Below, one piece after another: positions 1 to 32,805 of a stretch of DNA of 64,000 nucleotides. The stretch's first letter is position 1. Every line of letters starts with the position of its first letter. Position numbers and translations under genes: made by a program. Location of the stretch: the NCBI RefSeq assembly GCF_009914755.1, contig NC_060926.1. One strand, given 5' to 3'. The DNA comes from the human T2T-CHM13v2.0 reference genome, Homo sapiens. The notes under the pieces are model-generated. The model did not search any database. It saw only the letters and a program-made list of their open reading frames with translations, and was not told where the DNA came from.

Positions 1-2817
<2,817 letters not shown>

Positions 2818-2825
2818 AGAACAGA

Positions 2826-2945
2826 GGCCAGGAGTGGTGGCTCATACCTGTAATCCCAGCACTTTGGGAAGCTGAGGTAGCCCGACCACTTGAGGCCAGC
2901 AGTTCGAGGCCAGCATGGCCAACATGGAGAAACCCTGTCTCTACT

Positions 2946-3000
<55 letters not shown>

Positions 3001-3160
3001 GCCGGGTGTGGTGGTGTGTGCCTGTAATCCCAGCTACTTGGGAGGCTGAGACAAGATAATCATTTGAGCCCAGGAGGCAGAGGTTATAGTGAGCTGAGAT
3101 CCCACCACTGCACTCCAGCCTGGCCTGGGCCACAAAGTGAGATTCTGTCTCAAAAAAAAA
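2826..3160 (+). mobile_element. Alu whose central A-rich linker is replaced by a (CA)n microsatellite (~2948-2997)
   Basis: Both Alu arms are recognisable, with about 25 CA units between them. Confidence 0.95.
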
Positions 3161-3502
3161 TGTTTACAAAACACAAATTCCTTATCAAAAAGACTAGCTT
3201 TCAACCCAGGTTGGCTTTGACTAACACAGCCCTTCTTCCATGCTTTGCTCCTGCCCAGTCTTAGTTAGACACTTGGTGAAACTGCTCAGACAGCTAGCCA
3301 GAGCAAGATCTGGCCAGGTACCAATACTAGAACCGACAGAATTTTCTGTCTCTTCCAGAAATTACCTGCTGGTTCTTATCACAGGGTGTAGGCCCAAGGC
3401 CCTAGCCAGTTTCACCAGCCACCTTGTCTCTTGAGTGCCGCCTTTTGCTAACCCCTAGTAATGGAAGGGAGAGAATTCCTTCTCTGGTTTAAAAATTTCT
3501 TG

Positions 3503-6196
<2,694 letters not shown>

Positions 6197-6721
6197 AAAA
6201 ATTCCTTGGAGGAATCCTGTATTGACTGGCTAGTCAGTCCTTTCACACTGATGAAGATGGGCTGTACTTTTGTCATCTGACCATCTTTCTCCATCCCTTT
6301 TCGGGTTTCTGAAGCCCTTTTGCTGGTGTATTGTGAAGGCTTTTAAGGAACATTTGCTTCCTCAGCAATGTCATTCATCCAAGTTTCCACAGTGAGTGTT
6401 CCATCTTATGTCAGCATCCCACCAGGGCAAGCAGAAGAATTTATGACCCTTCAAGTTCAAAGTTTATGCCTCTCTGTTGGATCATCCACTCAGTTGCTCA
6501 TTTTTATCTCTCAGAAACCTCAAACTCTTCACTCATGTGCCTGGGAAAGATCACAGGCAAGTTCTTAAGCCCAAAGAACAATCTCACCTTTACCTACTGT
6601 ATCAGGTCTACCTATTACCCAGAATCTCTTTGATGACTCATCTCACCCAATAATACTGATTGACACTTTTCTCTCTAAAGATAAAGTGAGAGTTTAGGGA
6701 GTGATTCTCCCATATGCACTA

Positions 6722-8167
<1,446 letters not shown>

Positions 8168-8767
8168 AAAAACAGTTCCCTGCCCAAGACATGAGATGTG
8201 GATATGTGTGGCATCAGGGTAACAGTTAGCTCTGATAAGCTAAGGTGGGGGTGCAGGATGATTACCGCCAGAAGAATTGCTATAAGGATATACACTGACA
8301 TTCTGCTTCAATGTGGCATCTCAATAGAATACTGGAAAAACATCAGTGACAGTGCTTCCTGAGAAAAGATTTTGAGTAGAGGATACATTTTAAGGGACAA
8401 AGTTACAAATAGTAATAAGGACTGTGAAGGGTGGTGACTGCTATACATTTAAAAAGAACATGTGAGCCATATGTGGGAAGAAATGCTTTGGGCATTGCTG
8501 TTAGAGAGAATGGTCATTTCTTTGGCAGAACTAGTGGTTGGTCCTGTTAAGGAGGTTTTTCTCCCCTATCTTTCCACCTAAAAAACACCTTAGCACTGAG
8601 TAGCAAGGGTTTGTATTTCACTATAAGATGCATGATTCTGAAATTGAAAGTGTGGTGATAAAACCTGAAAGGATATTACATAGACCACCAGGTTGGTCTT
8701 ATTTGAATGCTGAGACCAGAACAGTCTGTTGAATTATTTCTTCATTTGACATATTTCTTTTAATAAC

Positions 8768-9200
8768 TGTGGAAGACTGCATTTTTGTTCTCGATTATTC
8801 CCCACACTTCCCATAAGAGAATTTTATATCCTACATATTTCCATGTGACTTGCAGTGCCTTCCTACAGGTGCAGACTTCCCCACTCTATTAAGGTTAGGT
8901 TAACCCATGTGATTTCCTTCAGCCAATGAAATGTGAGGCATAAGCCATGTGTACCATCTAAACAGGAATTAAAGAGACATTGCATGGCTTAGCCATTGTA
9001 CTCTTTTCTCTCTGTCACAGTAACGAATGTCTTTCATCTGTGTTACTCCGTCAACCTGGATTCTGAAATGAATACCCATTGAGCTAAGCTGCAGCTGACA
9101 TGTACCAAGAGGGAGAAATAAACCTTTGTTGTCATAAACCACTGAGATTTGGGGGTGTTTCTTATTGCCACATAAACTAGCAAGAGCTCATTAATGCAAT
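8768..9200 (+). mobile_element. Degenerate MaLR (MLT1-like) LTR
   Basis: MLT1-like 3' end aaataaacctttgttgt...aaccactgagatttggggg and internal agccaatgaaatgtga. Boundaries are approximate. Confidence 0.6.
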
Positions 9201-10085
9201 AATCTTACAAATTAGCACGGGAGCTATCCACTGACCGCAGTTATCAAGTATGCAATTACATATTCCAGATGAAGTGCTAGAGTCCAAATAGCTAAGATAA
9301 AAACATGCCTCACAAAGAAATGTAATTGATATTAATCTTAATTTTCTACCTAGAACTTTTCTTCACCTATTTGGTAGGTCGATAACAGGTTATAGAGTAT
9401 AATATTTCCAGCTTCTGCATGTTCATTAAAAAGACCTCCATTGTACTCCATCAAATTAAGACTGTAATTAACCTAACATGTCTCCAAATAAAAGCCAACT
9501 TTTTCTGCTAACTTTTAAGGAAATCCTCACTTTCATTCAAAGATTCCTAATTCTAGCGGTGAGAAAACTATTTGCATTTACAACTTTGAATAAACAATTC
9601 AATTGACCTCCAACCTTCCCAACAGTTTCAAAAGCAAAATCATACATTAGAATACAACACAAAAGCACTAGGAGCCAGGCAACATTCCATAGGTTTTAAC
9701 AGCCAATGAAACTCCAGACCATAATTAGTTCCTCTCTCAGTATTTTATCATAAAAGCCTAAGAAGTTTTTACAATTTCTAGGCTTGATACCTTTTAAGGC
9801 CAAATAATGTAGCCTCATTTATTTTTACTCTTTTTAAAAAATTTTTTGGAGGGAGGTATTCATATATTTGACATTTGAAAATCACTTTTCTTAACAACTA
9901 TGATAGTGGTTTCTAGACTTTGTCCTTAAGCACAAGCCATTCTTCCTACATGACATGACCCATAACACAAAAACTTAAAGCTCCACAGAATAGTGAGACT
10001 TTGCTGTCTTCTGATGGATGATATCAAAGTTGAAGGCTAAAAGACCCTTTGGTGGTATAGCTTGGGACAGATTCTCTTTCCTTAA

Positions 10086-10698
<613 letters not shown>

Positions 10699-12472
10699 GG
10701 AGGGGATTGTTTATAAGGCTTACAAATTTTAAAGGTGTGGAGGAGTCACAAAGAGCAGCTGAAAGCTCCACCAAGTGGTCCCCATTGACGACTAACAAGG
10801 TGCGCTTCTTCAGGTTAAGCATGGGGTAAGGAAGGTAGGTCAACTTGCTTCTATACAAGAGAAAGCCCTGCGGCTCTTCCAGCCTGTATCTTGCCGCAAG
10901 GCAGTCAGGTTATTGTTGCTGATATCCAACCACTGCAAATAGACATCCTCAGGACACAGACTGGGACACTGGAAAACTTGTTTGCTGAGATATCTACGAA
11001 TGCAACTGGCTTCCAATTACTTAATTCAAAAGGCAGCTCTGTGAATTCCAGATTTCCAGAACAATCCAGTCCCTCTAGATTTCACAATCTCCCAGCTCTG
11101 GAGGAATGCTCTTCAGATAGTTGAAACTCACATTGAGTTATTTCAGGTTCTTCAAACAACTGAGTTTAGCTGGAAAATGTGAGATTTGTTTCTTTGGCAG
11201 ATCCTGAATTCTCATCGCTTGAAACAGCTCAATATATGTGGGAGTAATTTGAATCAGGGTGTCGCATACATGCCATTCTCTCAGGTGCGTCTGCTCCTTT
11301 AACAAATCTGGCAGCTCCGTCCAGTACTCCCCAGAAAGTCCAAACACAAACACACTGCTCCATTTGCCTCTGTCCTTGGGAAGTGAACTCTGCCTTGTGA
11401 GAGCTTTCCTTTCTATCTTTTCCAGAAGCTGCATGCTATGAATGTCTATGAAGCCACTATCCCAGCCAGTACTCAGCCCAGGAGATGCCTTTCCTCCTGC
11501 ACTTGACCTCAAGGGGCCACTCCTCCTTTGTCTTTTCTGATGCACTCTTCTCAAGACTTTCTGCCTCCTTCTTCTGCCAAACTTGTGCTTCTTGACACAA
11601 GTTTCCCACAAGGCTCTGACAACAGAAATGTCAAATATGACCACTTTGTATCCCATTTTGGGAGCACGAAATTACCCGTGGGGAATGCGGATCTTTTCGG
11701 TGGGTTCTGGTCCTTGGGTGAGACAGGATTTTTTGTGGCTGAAAGGCTAGCGCCCTGGAGTTCTGGACTGTCTTCAGCCCAGCCAATACCAACATCACCA
11801 GACTGAGGGCCTCGGTTCCCTCCTCTCTTCTTTCTTTTTTAGAGACAGGATCTTGCTCTGTCACCTAGGCTGGAGTACAGTGGTGCGATCACAGTTCACT
11901 GCAGTCTCAAACTCCTGGCCTCATGTTATCCTCCTGCCTTGGCCTCACAAAGCCCTGGGATTTTGGGTGTGAGCCACTGCACCTGACCACTCAATTTTTA
12001 AAGAAAGAATTTATTTTAAATCCTGTATCTGTACAATATCCAAACAATTCATCAAATCAATGAAAAATGTTAGGCAATTCAGCTGTTCGATGCAACATTG
12101 GCACAAAGTGAGTCTCCAACTCCTGCCCTCAAGCACTCCTCCCACCTTGGCCTCCCAAAGCACTGGGATTATAGGTGTGGACCACTGTGCCTGGCTGTTT
12201 TTGTTTTCCTTAAGAAAAAAAAAAAAACAATGGCTTGGTTTTATAACTACCAAATTGGAAAATTGGCTTGGCCTCTGGGCCAGACAGGTGTTATAATATT
12301 TCTACTGAGTTTAGCATACTATTCAGTCACAGGTAGAGATCCCGGGCAATGCTGAACCCCTTAGCCTCCCCTCCAAACAAACCAATGCTTTCTCCTATTG
12401 TTGTCTCACATTTTACTTCCACATATGCTGTAAACCTCATACTCTGTTATTACTTTTAACAATCATCTTTTT

Positions 12473-16830
<4,358 letters not shown>

Positions 16831-16999
16831 TAGCTGGGACTACAGGTGCATGCCACAGGCCTGGCTAATTTTTTGTATTTTTAGCAGAGACAGGGTTTCA
16901 CCGTGTTAGCCAGGATGGTATCGAACTCCTGACATCGTGATCTGCCCGCCTCAGCCTCCCAAAGTGCTGGGATTACAGGCGTGAGCCACTGTGCCCAGC

Positions 17000-19760
<2,761 letters not shown>

Positions 19761-19983
19761 TGTTTTTAATTTACCTGGAATTTATATGGCTGTTAAATCT
19801 TCTTGAGTTATTAAATTTCTGAGAATAAGTGTGCTTTACTCTCACTCTTGATTGAAAAGTTTGAATGGAAGTAAAATTCTACACTTAAAATAACTTTCAC
19901 TCTAAACTTTGAAGGTATATTTTCTGTTTTTGAGCATCCAGTGTTGATAGGAAATCTGATGTTTGTTTGATTCTTGCTCCTTT

Positions 19984-21766
<1,783 letters not shown>

Positions 21767-22284
21767 TTATTTATAATGTTCTGAAATTTCAGTGATCTAT
21801 CTAGGTAGAGGTTTTTAAAAAATAGTATCTGTGATATTATGAGTTTGACAGTCTAATTTTGATTTTATAACCTATTATAAAATAAATATATGTTTATTAA
21901 GATAAAAATATTTGTCCATGCCACCTAAAATCCAGTATCACCAGTGTTATGTCTATCACTTTTGGAAAACTTTGGATTAAAGAATAGCATTAAGAAAAAT
22001 TACATGGCGGGTGCCTGTAATCCCAGCTACTCATGAGGCTGAGGCAGGAGAATGGCTTGATCCCAGGAGGCGGAGGTTACGGTGAGCCGAGATAGTGCCA
22101 CTGTACTCCAGCCTGGGTGACAGAGCGAGACTCTGTCTCAAAAAGAAAAGAAAAGAAAAGAAAAATTACAATAAATTATCAGGGAAAATTCTGAATGGGT
22201 GATGACTGGGTATCTTTTCAGTGGGAGTTGTCTAAGAGATCCTTTGGAATTATCTGACTATATGGAGAGTTGTGGTTTTCATCA

Positions 22285-22620
<336 letters not shown>

Positions 22621-22934
22621 TTAAAAAAAAAAAAAAATCTTATAGTAATGCAAATGAGTCTTGTCCATAGACATGGCAATAAATTGTGTCCGGTGAAGAT
22701 GAAATTGATGACCACTCTGTGGAAAAGATGATTCCAAGCATTATTCTATTTCTTGTAAATATTGCTCAGTTTTTCATCTATTGACAAATTCATTTTGGCA
22801 TTCCTGATTGCCTCTATGTGTGTTTGTTCTTTTAATCCCCTTTGAACTGGTTTTAATGTATTGGTGTTTTCCTTACTAATTAGTGTGTTAAATAAAATCT
22901 TCGACTTGTTATTTTTATTTTATTTTTGAGATAA

Positions 22935-23214
<280 letters not shown>

Positions 23215-23399
23215 TAACTTTTTAAAATATTTGTATGACGGTCACACTTTTGCCTTATTTTAAAAATAACATTTTATTAGTAGCATATATGAATTATAAT
23301 GTATATCATTATTATAATGTTTGAGAGGAGTTGGAGAACAGACTGGCCTTTGGAACAGAGTACATTTTAGGTAAGTCCTGGCTTCTTATTAAATCCTCT

Positions 23400-23545
23400 A
23401 CAACAAATCTGGCTGGTCACCTATTTCTATAAATAAAGTTTTGTTGGCACACAGCCAAACTCATTCATTTACATATTTTCTCTGGCTGCTTTTGTTCTGC
23501 AAAAACAAAGCTGAGAGTTGCAACAAAGACCATATGACCCACAGG
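23400..23545. mobile_element. MER58-like DNA transposon fragment
   Basis: taaataaagttttgttggcacacagcca...cattcatttacatatt...ctggctgcttt resembles MER58. Confidence 0.7.
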
Positions 23546-24355
23546 CCAGGGAGCAGAAGCTCCCTCTACCCCTGTAGAACATTGGAACCAAAAGGTGACA
23601 AAAGGATTTTTGAGTCCCTACTGCCTCCTGTTTGGTAACAGTTGTTAATGGAATGAAGTCTGAGTGCTGCTAGAGAATGCACTGTTCCTTGGGACTGCAA
23701 CAAGAAGTGATGTCATGATATTATGGCATGATTTTCCTGAAGTAGCTAAAAAGGGAGCAACATTCTCCTGGAGTCTCTGGTGTTTCCCTTGTGATTTTGA
23801 GGATGACTGTGCCTTTATCTCCTATCTGCCACCTGTGTCGTGTTAGGTGAGTCCTTTAATTGCTCTGGGCTCAGTTTCCTCATACATAACTTGAGGTTAT
23901 TGGATGACTTCCCGGGTCTCTTCTATCTTTACAAGTTCATGTCAATTTCATATACAGTTTGTTTCTTAATTTTGTTCTCACTTATCAAACATTTATTTTA
24001 TATCTATTACGTGTCAGGCATTTTACCAGTCACTAGAGATATAGCAGTGAATAATGGGACATGGACTCTGGCCTCACATTAATAAAAATGACAGCAAGCA
24101 CATTATCAATAATATCTGATATCACACTATACTATAGGTTCTGAAACACTTTTACAGGCATTTTTATATTTGGCCTTCAGTACAGCACTGTTAACTGGAT
24201 AGGCCAGGTATTATTATTTGTATTTTACATATGAAGAAACTCAAACACAGAAACATTAAATTGGCCAAGGTTACATGGTACTGATATCACCAACTAAGAT
24301 GTAGACATTTTGATCCTGATTATTTTCAAAAAAGTTTGTTCAATGAAACATTTCA

Positions 24356-24759
<404 letters not shown>

Positions 24760-24915
24760 TCACCCAGGATGGGGTGCAGTGGCATGATCCCACAGCTCAC
24801 TGCAGCCTCGACCTCCCGGGCTTAGCTGATCCTCCCACCCCAGGCTCCCAGGTAGCTGGGAACACAGGCATGCACCACCATGCCCAGCTAATTTTTGTAT
24901 TTTTTATAGAGATGA

Positions 24916-25086
<171 letters not shown>

Positions 25087-25262
25087 TAGAAGTTTTTTGT
25101 TTCTGTTTTGTTTGGGGTTGTTTGTTTGTTTGTTTGTTTGAGAGAAGGTCTTGCTCTTTCACTCAGGCTGGAATATAGTGGCTTGAACACAGCTCACTGC
25201 AGTCTCAACCTCCAGGGCTCAAGCAATCCTTCCACCTCAGCCTCCCCAGTAGCTTGGACTGA

Positions 25263-25436
<174 letters not shown>

Positions 25437-25775
25437 TAAGAAAATGCCAAACATCATGTCATTTCACCCCTTTATCCTCAATATAAATCTTTAAAAAGTA
25501 AGGGCATTTTTCTAACACCACCACAATGCCACTTTCACCCTTAATAACATCAAAAATAATGTTTTGTCTCATTTAAATCTAATTCTTGAATTCTTGATGT
25601 TCATTTGGGTAGAATAAAGTTTAAAATCATTTTGCTATTTGGTCACACACTGACTAACCAAGGATCATATAAATTTGTTTCACAACAGTTTATTGGTTCC
25701 TAGATCATCTCTCCTTTCCTAAAAGACTTATTTTGTGTCAGGGAATATTATATGTTAGCTCCCCTTTTTCCTTAG

Positions 25776-26178
25776 TGCCTTAGTCCATTTGTGCTGCTAT
25801 AACAGAATACCTGAGACTGGGGAATTTATAACAAACAGATATTTATTGTTCACAGTTGTGGAGGCTGAGAAGTCTGAGATCAAGGTGCCAGCAGTTTAGG
25901 CATCTAGTGAGGGTCCGGTCTCTGCCTCCAAGATGGTACCTTGAACTCTGCATCCTCCAGAGGAGGGGGAACACTGTTCCTCACGTAGCAGAAGAGCAGA
26001 AGAGAGAGAGCCCACTCCTGCAAGCTCTTTTTTTAAAGCAGCATTAATCCACACACAAGGGTAGAGCCCTCATGACTGAAATGCCTCCCATTCAGCCCCA
26101 CCTCTCAACACTGTTGCAATGAGGATTAAGGTTCCAGCACATAAATTTGAGGGGAACAAAAACATTCAAACCATAGTA
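25776..26178 (-). mobile_element. MST-family (MaLR) solo LTR
   Basis: ttagtccatttgtgctgctataacagaatacctgagactggg ... aacattcaaaccatag are typical MST termini. Confidence 0.85.
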
Positions 26179-26494
26179 TTTGGTTATAGAATTTTTAGCT
26201 AGAAACACAGCCACAGGAAAAAAAAACTGTATTTCCCAACCTTCCTTGCTGCTGGATATGGCTTCTGAGTAAATTCTAGTCCATGAGATGTTAACTGAAT
26301 TGTTGAGTTGAGTTTCTGGGAAGTGTTTGTAAGGGTAGACGGCATGTTTTCTTTGCCCTTTCTCCTTCCTGCTCACTAGAATAGAGAAACAGTAGCTGGA
26401 CCTGAAGCATCTTGACCTATGAGGCTGTGTACCAAGAAGAATAGGTAAGACATTAAGAGAGAAGCACTCAATGAGGATGCTAAGGCATAAAAAT

Positions 26495-26682
26495 AACACA
26501 ATGCACTTTGGAGACTCAGGGGAAAGAGTGGAAGGGGGGTGAGAAATAAAAGACTACATGTTGGGTACAGTGTACACCGCTTGGGTGATGGGTGCACCAA
26601 AATCTCAGAAATCACCACTAAAGAACTTATCTATGTAACCAAACACCACCTGTTCCCCCAAAACCTATTGAAATAAAAAATG
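26495..26682 (+). mobile_element. L1PB-like 3' end fragment inside a degenerate MLT1-like LTR
   Basis: gggtacagtgtacacc...aaaatctcagaaatcaccactaaagaactt...cccccaaaacctattgaaataaaaaa. Confidence 0.75.
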
Positions 26683-27034
26683 ATTTTTAAAAATCATAGA
26701 TGACACAAGAAATGAGAAAAAAAGAGGGAGAGAAAAACACTCAGATCCCTGATGATCCACGGAGTCACCATATCAGTTTGGAAGTAAACTTTTTTCTGCA
26801 CTTCAAGCCAATGTTCTGTATTTTGGTTTCTGATTGCTTTCAAACCTGTAGCCAAACAAACCCTAACTTATACACATTGCTCTATACTTCTTTCCCCATC
26901 GCTCAATTATGGTAGGACTAGACACAGAGAAAACTGGATTTGCTCTGAGCTAAGGCCTCCTCATCTAACATAACTGTTAACTGAGATGTATTCCATTAAA
27001 CTTAATGTTTTTTTGTTTTTGGGTTTTGTTTTAG

Positions 27035-27184
<150 letters not shown>

Positions 27185-28538
27185 TAAAAAAAATTCTTTT
27201 TTTTTTGGTGGAGATGGGATCTCACTACATAGCCCAAGCTGGTCGCGAACTCCTGGCCTCAAATGATTCTCTTGTGATTTGCTGGGATTACAGACATAAG
27301 CCATAGCACCCAGCCAAACTTAATGTTTTAAAATGAAAAATGTTCAACTTTCAAAACTCCTTTCCCTTAGGTCTGTCCTTGCTATATAATCAACATCTCC
27401 TCTGCCTTCTTAATTGATTGGCTACTCAAATATAGCAGTTTCTTGGTTTTTAAAAGTAGTGTTCTGGCCAGGTGCTGTAGCTCACGCCTGTAATCCTAGC
27501 ACTTTAGAAGGCCGAGGCTGATCACTTGAGCCCAGGAGTTCGAGATCAGCCTGGGCAACATGGCAAAACCCCGACTCTAAAAAAAATTACAAAAATTAGC
27601 CGGGCATGGTGGTATGTGCCTGTAGTCCCAGCTACTTGGGAGGCTAAGGTGGGAGGGTCACTTGAGCCTGGGGAGGTTGAGGCTACAGTGGGCTGTGATC
27701 GCGCCACTGCACTCCAGTCTGAGTGACAGGATGAGACCTTGTCTCAAAAAAAAAAAAAAGAGTAATGTTTTGTTCATATGGTTTGCAAAAAAGGATTTGG
27801 AGAAGGCTAGAAAAGATCTGAAATACTGAATGAGTAACAATCACTGAATGCCGGAAAAAGCCCAGCCTTGTTACCTTCTCTGATCTCTGAAAATACATCA
27901 GCAATTGCAGAGCTGTTGCTGGTGAGCTACAGTGAGCTGTCACCATTGATGTAGTCATTATTAGAAGATCACAGTATATGCACAGAAGTTCAAATATTGT
28001 TAACAGGTCTACATTTAAAAGGTTTCTTATGTAATTTTACAGCTGATAAAGCAACCCCTGATGACACAGTGAAATAGGATCAGGATATTAAAGCATTTAA
28101 ACATAGGTTTTTAATTTATTAACCAAACATTAGGACATTTCCTCAGTCTCTTTTCATATTTAAAAAAAGGAAAAGAGAAAAATACTTGCGGTAACAAAGA
28201 AAAGTCTTAAGGTTTCTTTCAAAGATGCAGGCTGATTTCCAATATTCCAAACCTTTGAATTACGTAATGAAATGGGAGCTAATAAAAAAGAATGCACACC
28301 TGACAGATTGAATATTTTTTCTATGATTAATAATTCTCTATTAAAGCAATCTATTAACTTTTATTTTAAAGAGATGTGAGTGATCGAGTTATTAGATCAG
28401 CACCCTCAATTTTGGGCCAAATGAGAAACTCCTGTAGATTTTGTAATTCTAGACACCTCGTGAGCTGCTGTTCATTTGCTGATGAGATGTTTAAAGAATT
28501 GCAATGCACTAAGTTGTACATGTAAGACCAAAATGTTA

Positions 28539-28889
<351 letters not shown>

Positions 28890-29076
28890 TCAAGACATTT
28901 ATGGAAAATAATTCCTAATAAAGAAGGCATAGGGGATATGTAAAATTCTTCTTTATATCTTAGTCTTTGAGGAAATACTTTAAATTTCAACCACCATAGA
29001 CAGTGAAAAATAACTCTCAGATGCCTATTCTTTGCACTCTGTTAGATGCTCCCTTTATGTGTTCATATATGTTTTA

Positions 29077-29945
<869 letters not shown>

Positions 29946-30303
29946 TATATGTTACCTACAAGCCATATTAATGACAATACTCTCAATTTCTTATAAATTT
30001 CCCCTGGATAAAACCATACAATAAGCCTCATGTATTTTCAAAGTAGTCTTCAAATGTGAAAGAAGAATAATAGCAAATGACCCTAAAGGGAACCAAGATA
30101 TGAAAAAGTTACAATTCATATATTAATAGAATCACATGCCTTTTCATTGGCCAGAATTAAGACCTTTTGCCTTTCAGAATTAGCCTTTTCCTCAAAATCC
30201 ATGTCCTCAAACAAATTAGTCCCACTTAGTTTTTTCTTCAAATTGTTATCTTTCTAAGTAGTCTCTTTCTTGAGTTCTAGATCCTTGACTCTCAGTCTGC
30301 TGA

Positions 30304-30528
<225 letters not shown>

Positions 30529-31310
30529 TGAACCCCTGACCTCAGGTGATCCACCTGCCTCGGCCTCCCAAAGTGCTGGGATTACAGGCGTGAACCACCA
30601 CACCCGGCCGAGCTTTTCTGCTTAGACATTCCACCATTCTCTCAAACTTAGTTGGTCTCAAACCAAACCCATGTCTTCTTTGAAAATCTGAATCTTCTGA
30701 GAGAGTAACAAAGCAAATGATGCAAAATGTTAAAACCTGGCGAATCTCCTAAAAGATAAACAGGAATGTTTCTTTGTAAGATTCTAGCAACTTTTCTGTA
30801 AGCTTCTAATTATATTTCAAAATAAGGAGCATGTTAAAACAGAAAAGAAAAGGGATAAGGACTGGAAACAAGAACTGAATTTACTACACAGCTCTCTAAT
30901 TCTGGTAGTAATGTCTGTTGTTACTGGTGGTTAAATACTTCAGAGTAATCTTTCATTCCAGATTTCCTCAGCTCTTCTAATTAATCAATATTAATTTGTC
31001 TTTCTTTTTTGCTATCTGTAGTTAATATTTCTATTTCTCTCTTCCCAAAACCCAGCACCCCTTCTTATGCTAAAAGTGTCAAGATTTTCCTCTGGAGAGC
31101 CATTCTTCCCCAGTTTTAGATCTTACATAAGGGTGGGATTCAAGAATGAAAATGTAACCCAGGTATAGCATCTTGCAGATGGTCAACAAAGGAGGAGCAA
31201 ATTCCTTTAATAAAGTTTAAGTAGTTAAGAAAAAGTCCTAACAGATCTTGCTGGTTTTGCTCTCTTTTACATTTTGCTTTAAAAAATGTGCTTATTAGGA
31301 CTTTATATAA

Positions 31311-31385
31311 TATGTATGTATGTGTATATATATATGTGTGTGTGTGTATACACACACACATAAACACAGAGACAGGGAGAGAGAG
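31311..31385. repeat. Compound (TATG)/(TA)/(TG)/(CA)/(GA) microsatellite
   Basis: Directly visible. Confidence 0.85.
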
Positions 31386-32162
31386 TTAGTGCGGGGTGAG
31401 TTTAGTATAGAAAAATTACATTTTCTGCAAAAAGAGTTGATTCTCTTTCTGTTTTTTTAGTTCTTGCCTTGGTCAAAATATAATTCCTCAAGTCAAAATA
31501 TTATACTTAGGTAGGTAGGGCAATCTAAAATAAAATCCCAAGGATGAGAACCTTCATTCTTTCAAACTTTGTTGAACTGTTATATTGAAAGAATAACCTC
31601 CTGTTTTGGATTTTGGCTTCTTTTGGTCCTCTGCAGAATGACTAAGTAAATGAGCCCCAGAAGGCCCATGAAAGGCAGTCTCTTACTAACAGGGGCAGAA
31701 CCACCCCATACTTCTTTTGCCATCTATTGACTTACCCACACTATAGCTCCAGGTCTTAAAACCTTCTATTCAAGAGAAAGGATATGGATATTTTTATAAA
31801 ATCAGTTTGTGTGTGTGTTTTTAAGAAAAGAAACCTAGAGCTATCTGCATTACAAGCATGACTGAGAAGGGGATTTTGTTCAGAGGGAAGTAAATATTTT
31901 CACCAACATTCAGAGTCTAGTTGCTCCCAGAAGTCCTAATGTATATCTTTTTTTCCTTGCTGAGTCTTACCTACTTCACCTCCTTAAAATGCCAACCCAT
32001 GAGCTGGGTGCATTGGCTCATGCCTGTAATCCCAGCACTTTGGGAGACCAAGGCAGGCAGATCACGAAGTCAGGAGTTCGAGGCCAGCCTGACCAACATG
32101 GTGAAACCCCGTCTCTACTAAAAATACAAAAATTAGCTGGGCGTGGTGGCACGTGCCTGTAA

Positions 32163-32805
<643 letters not shown>

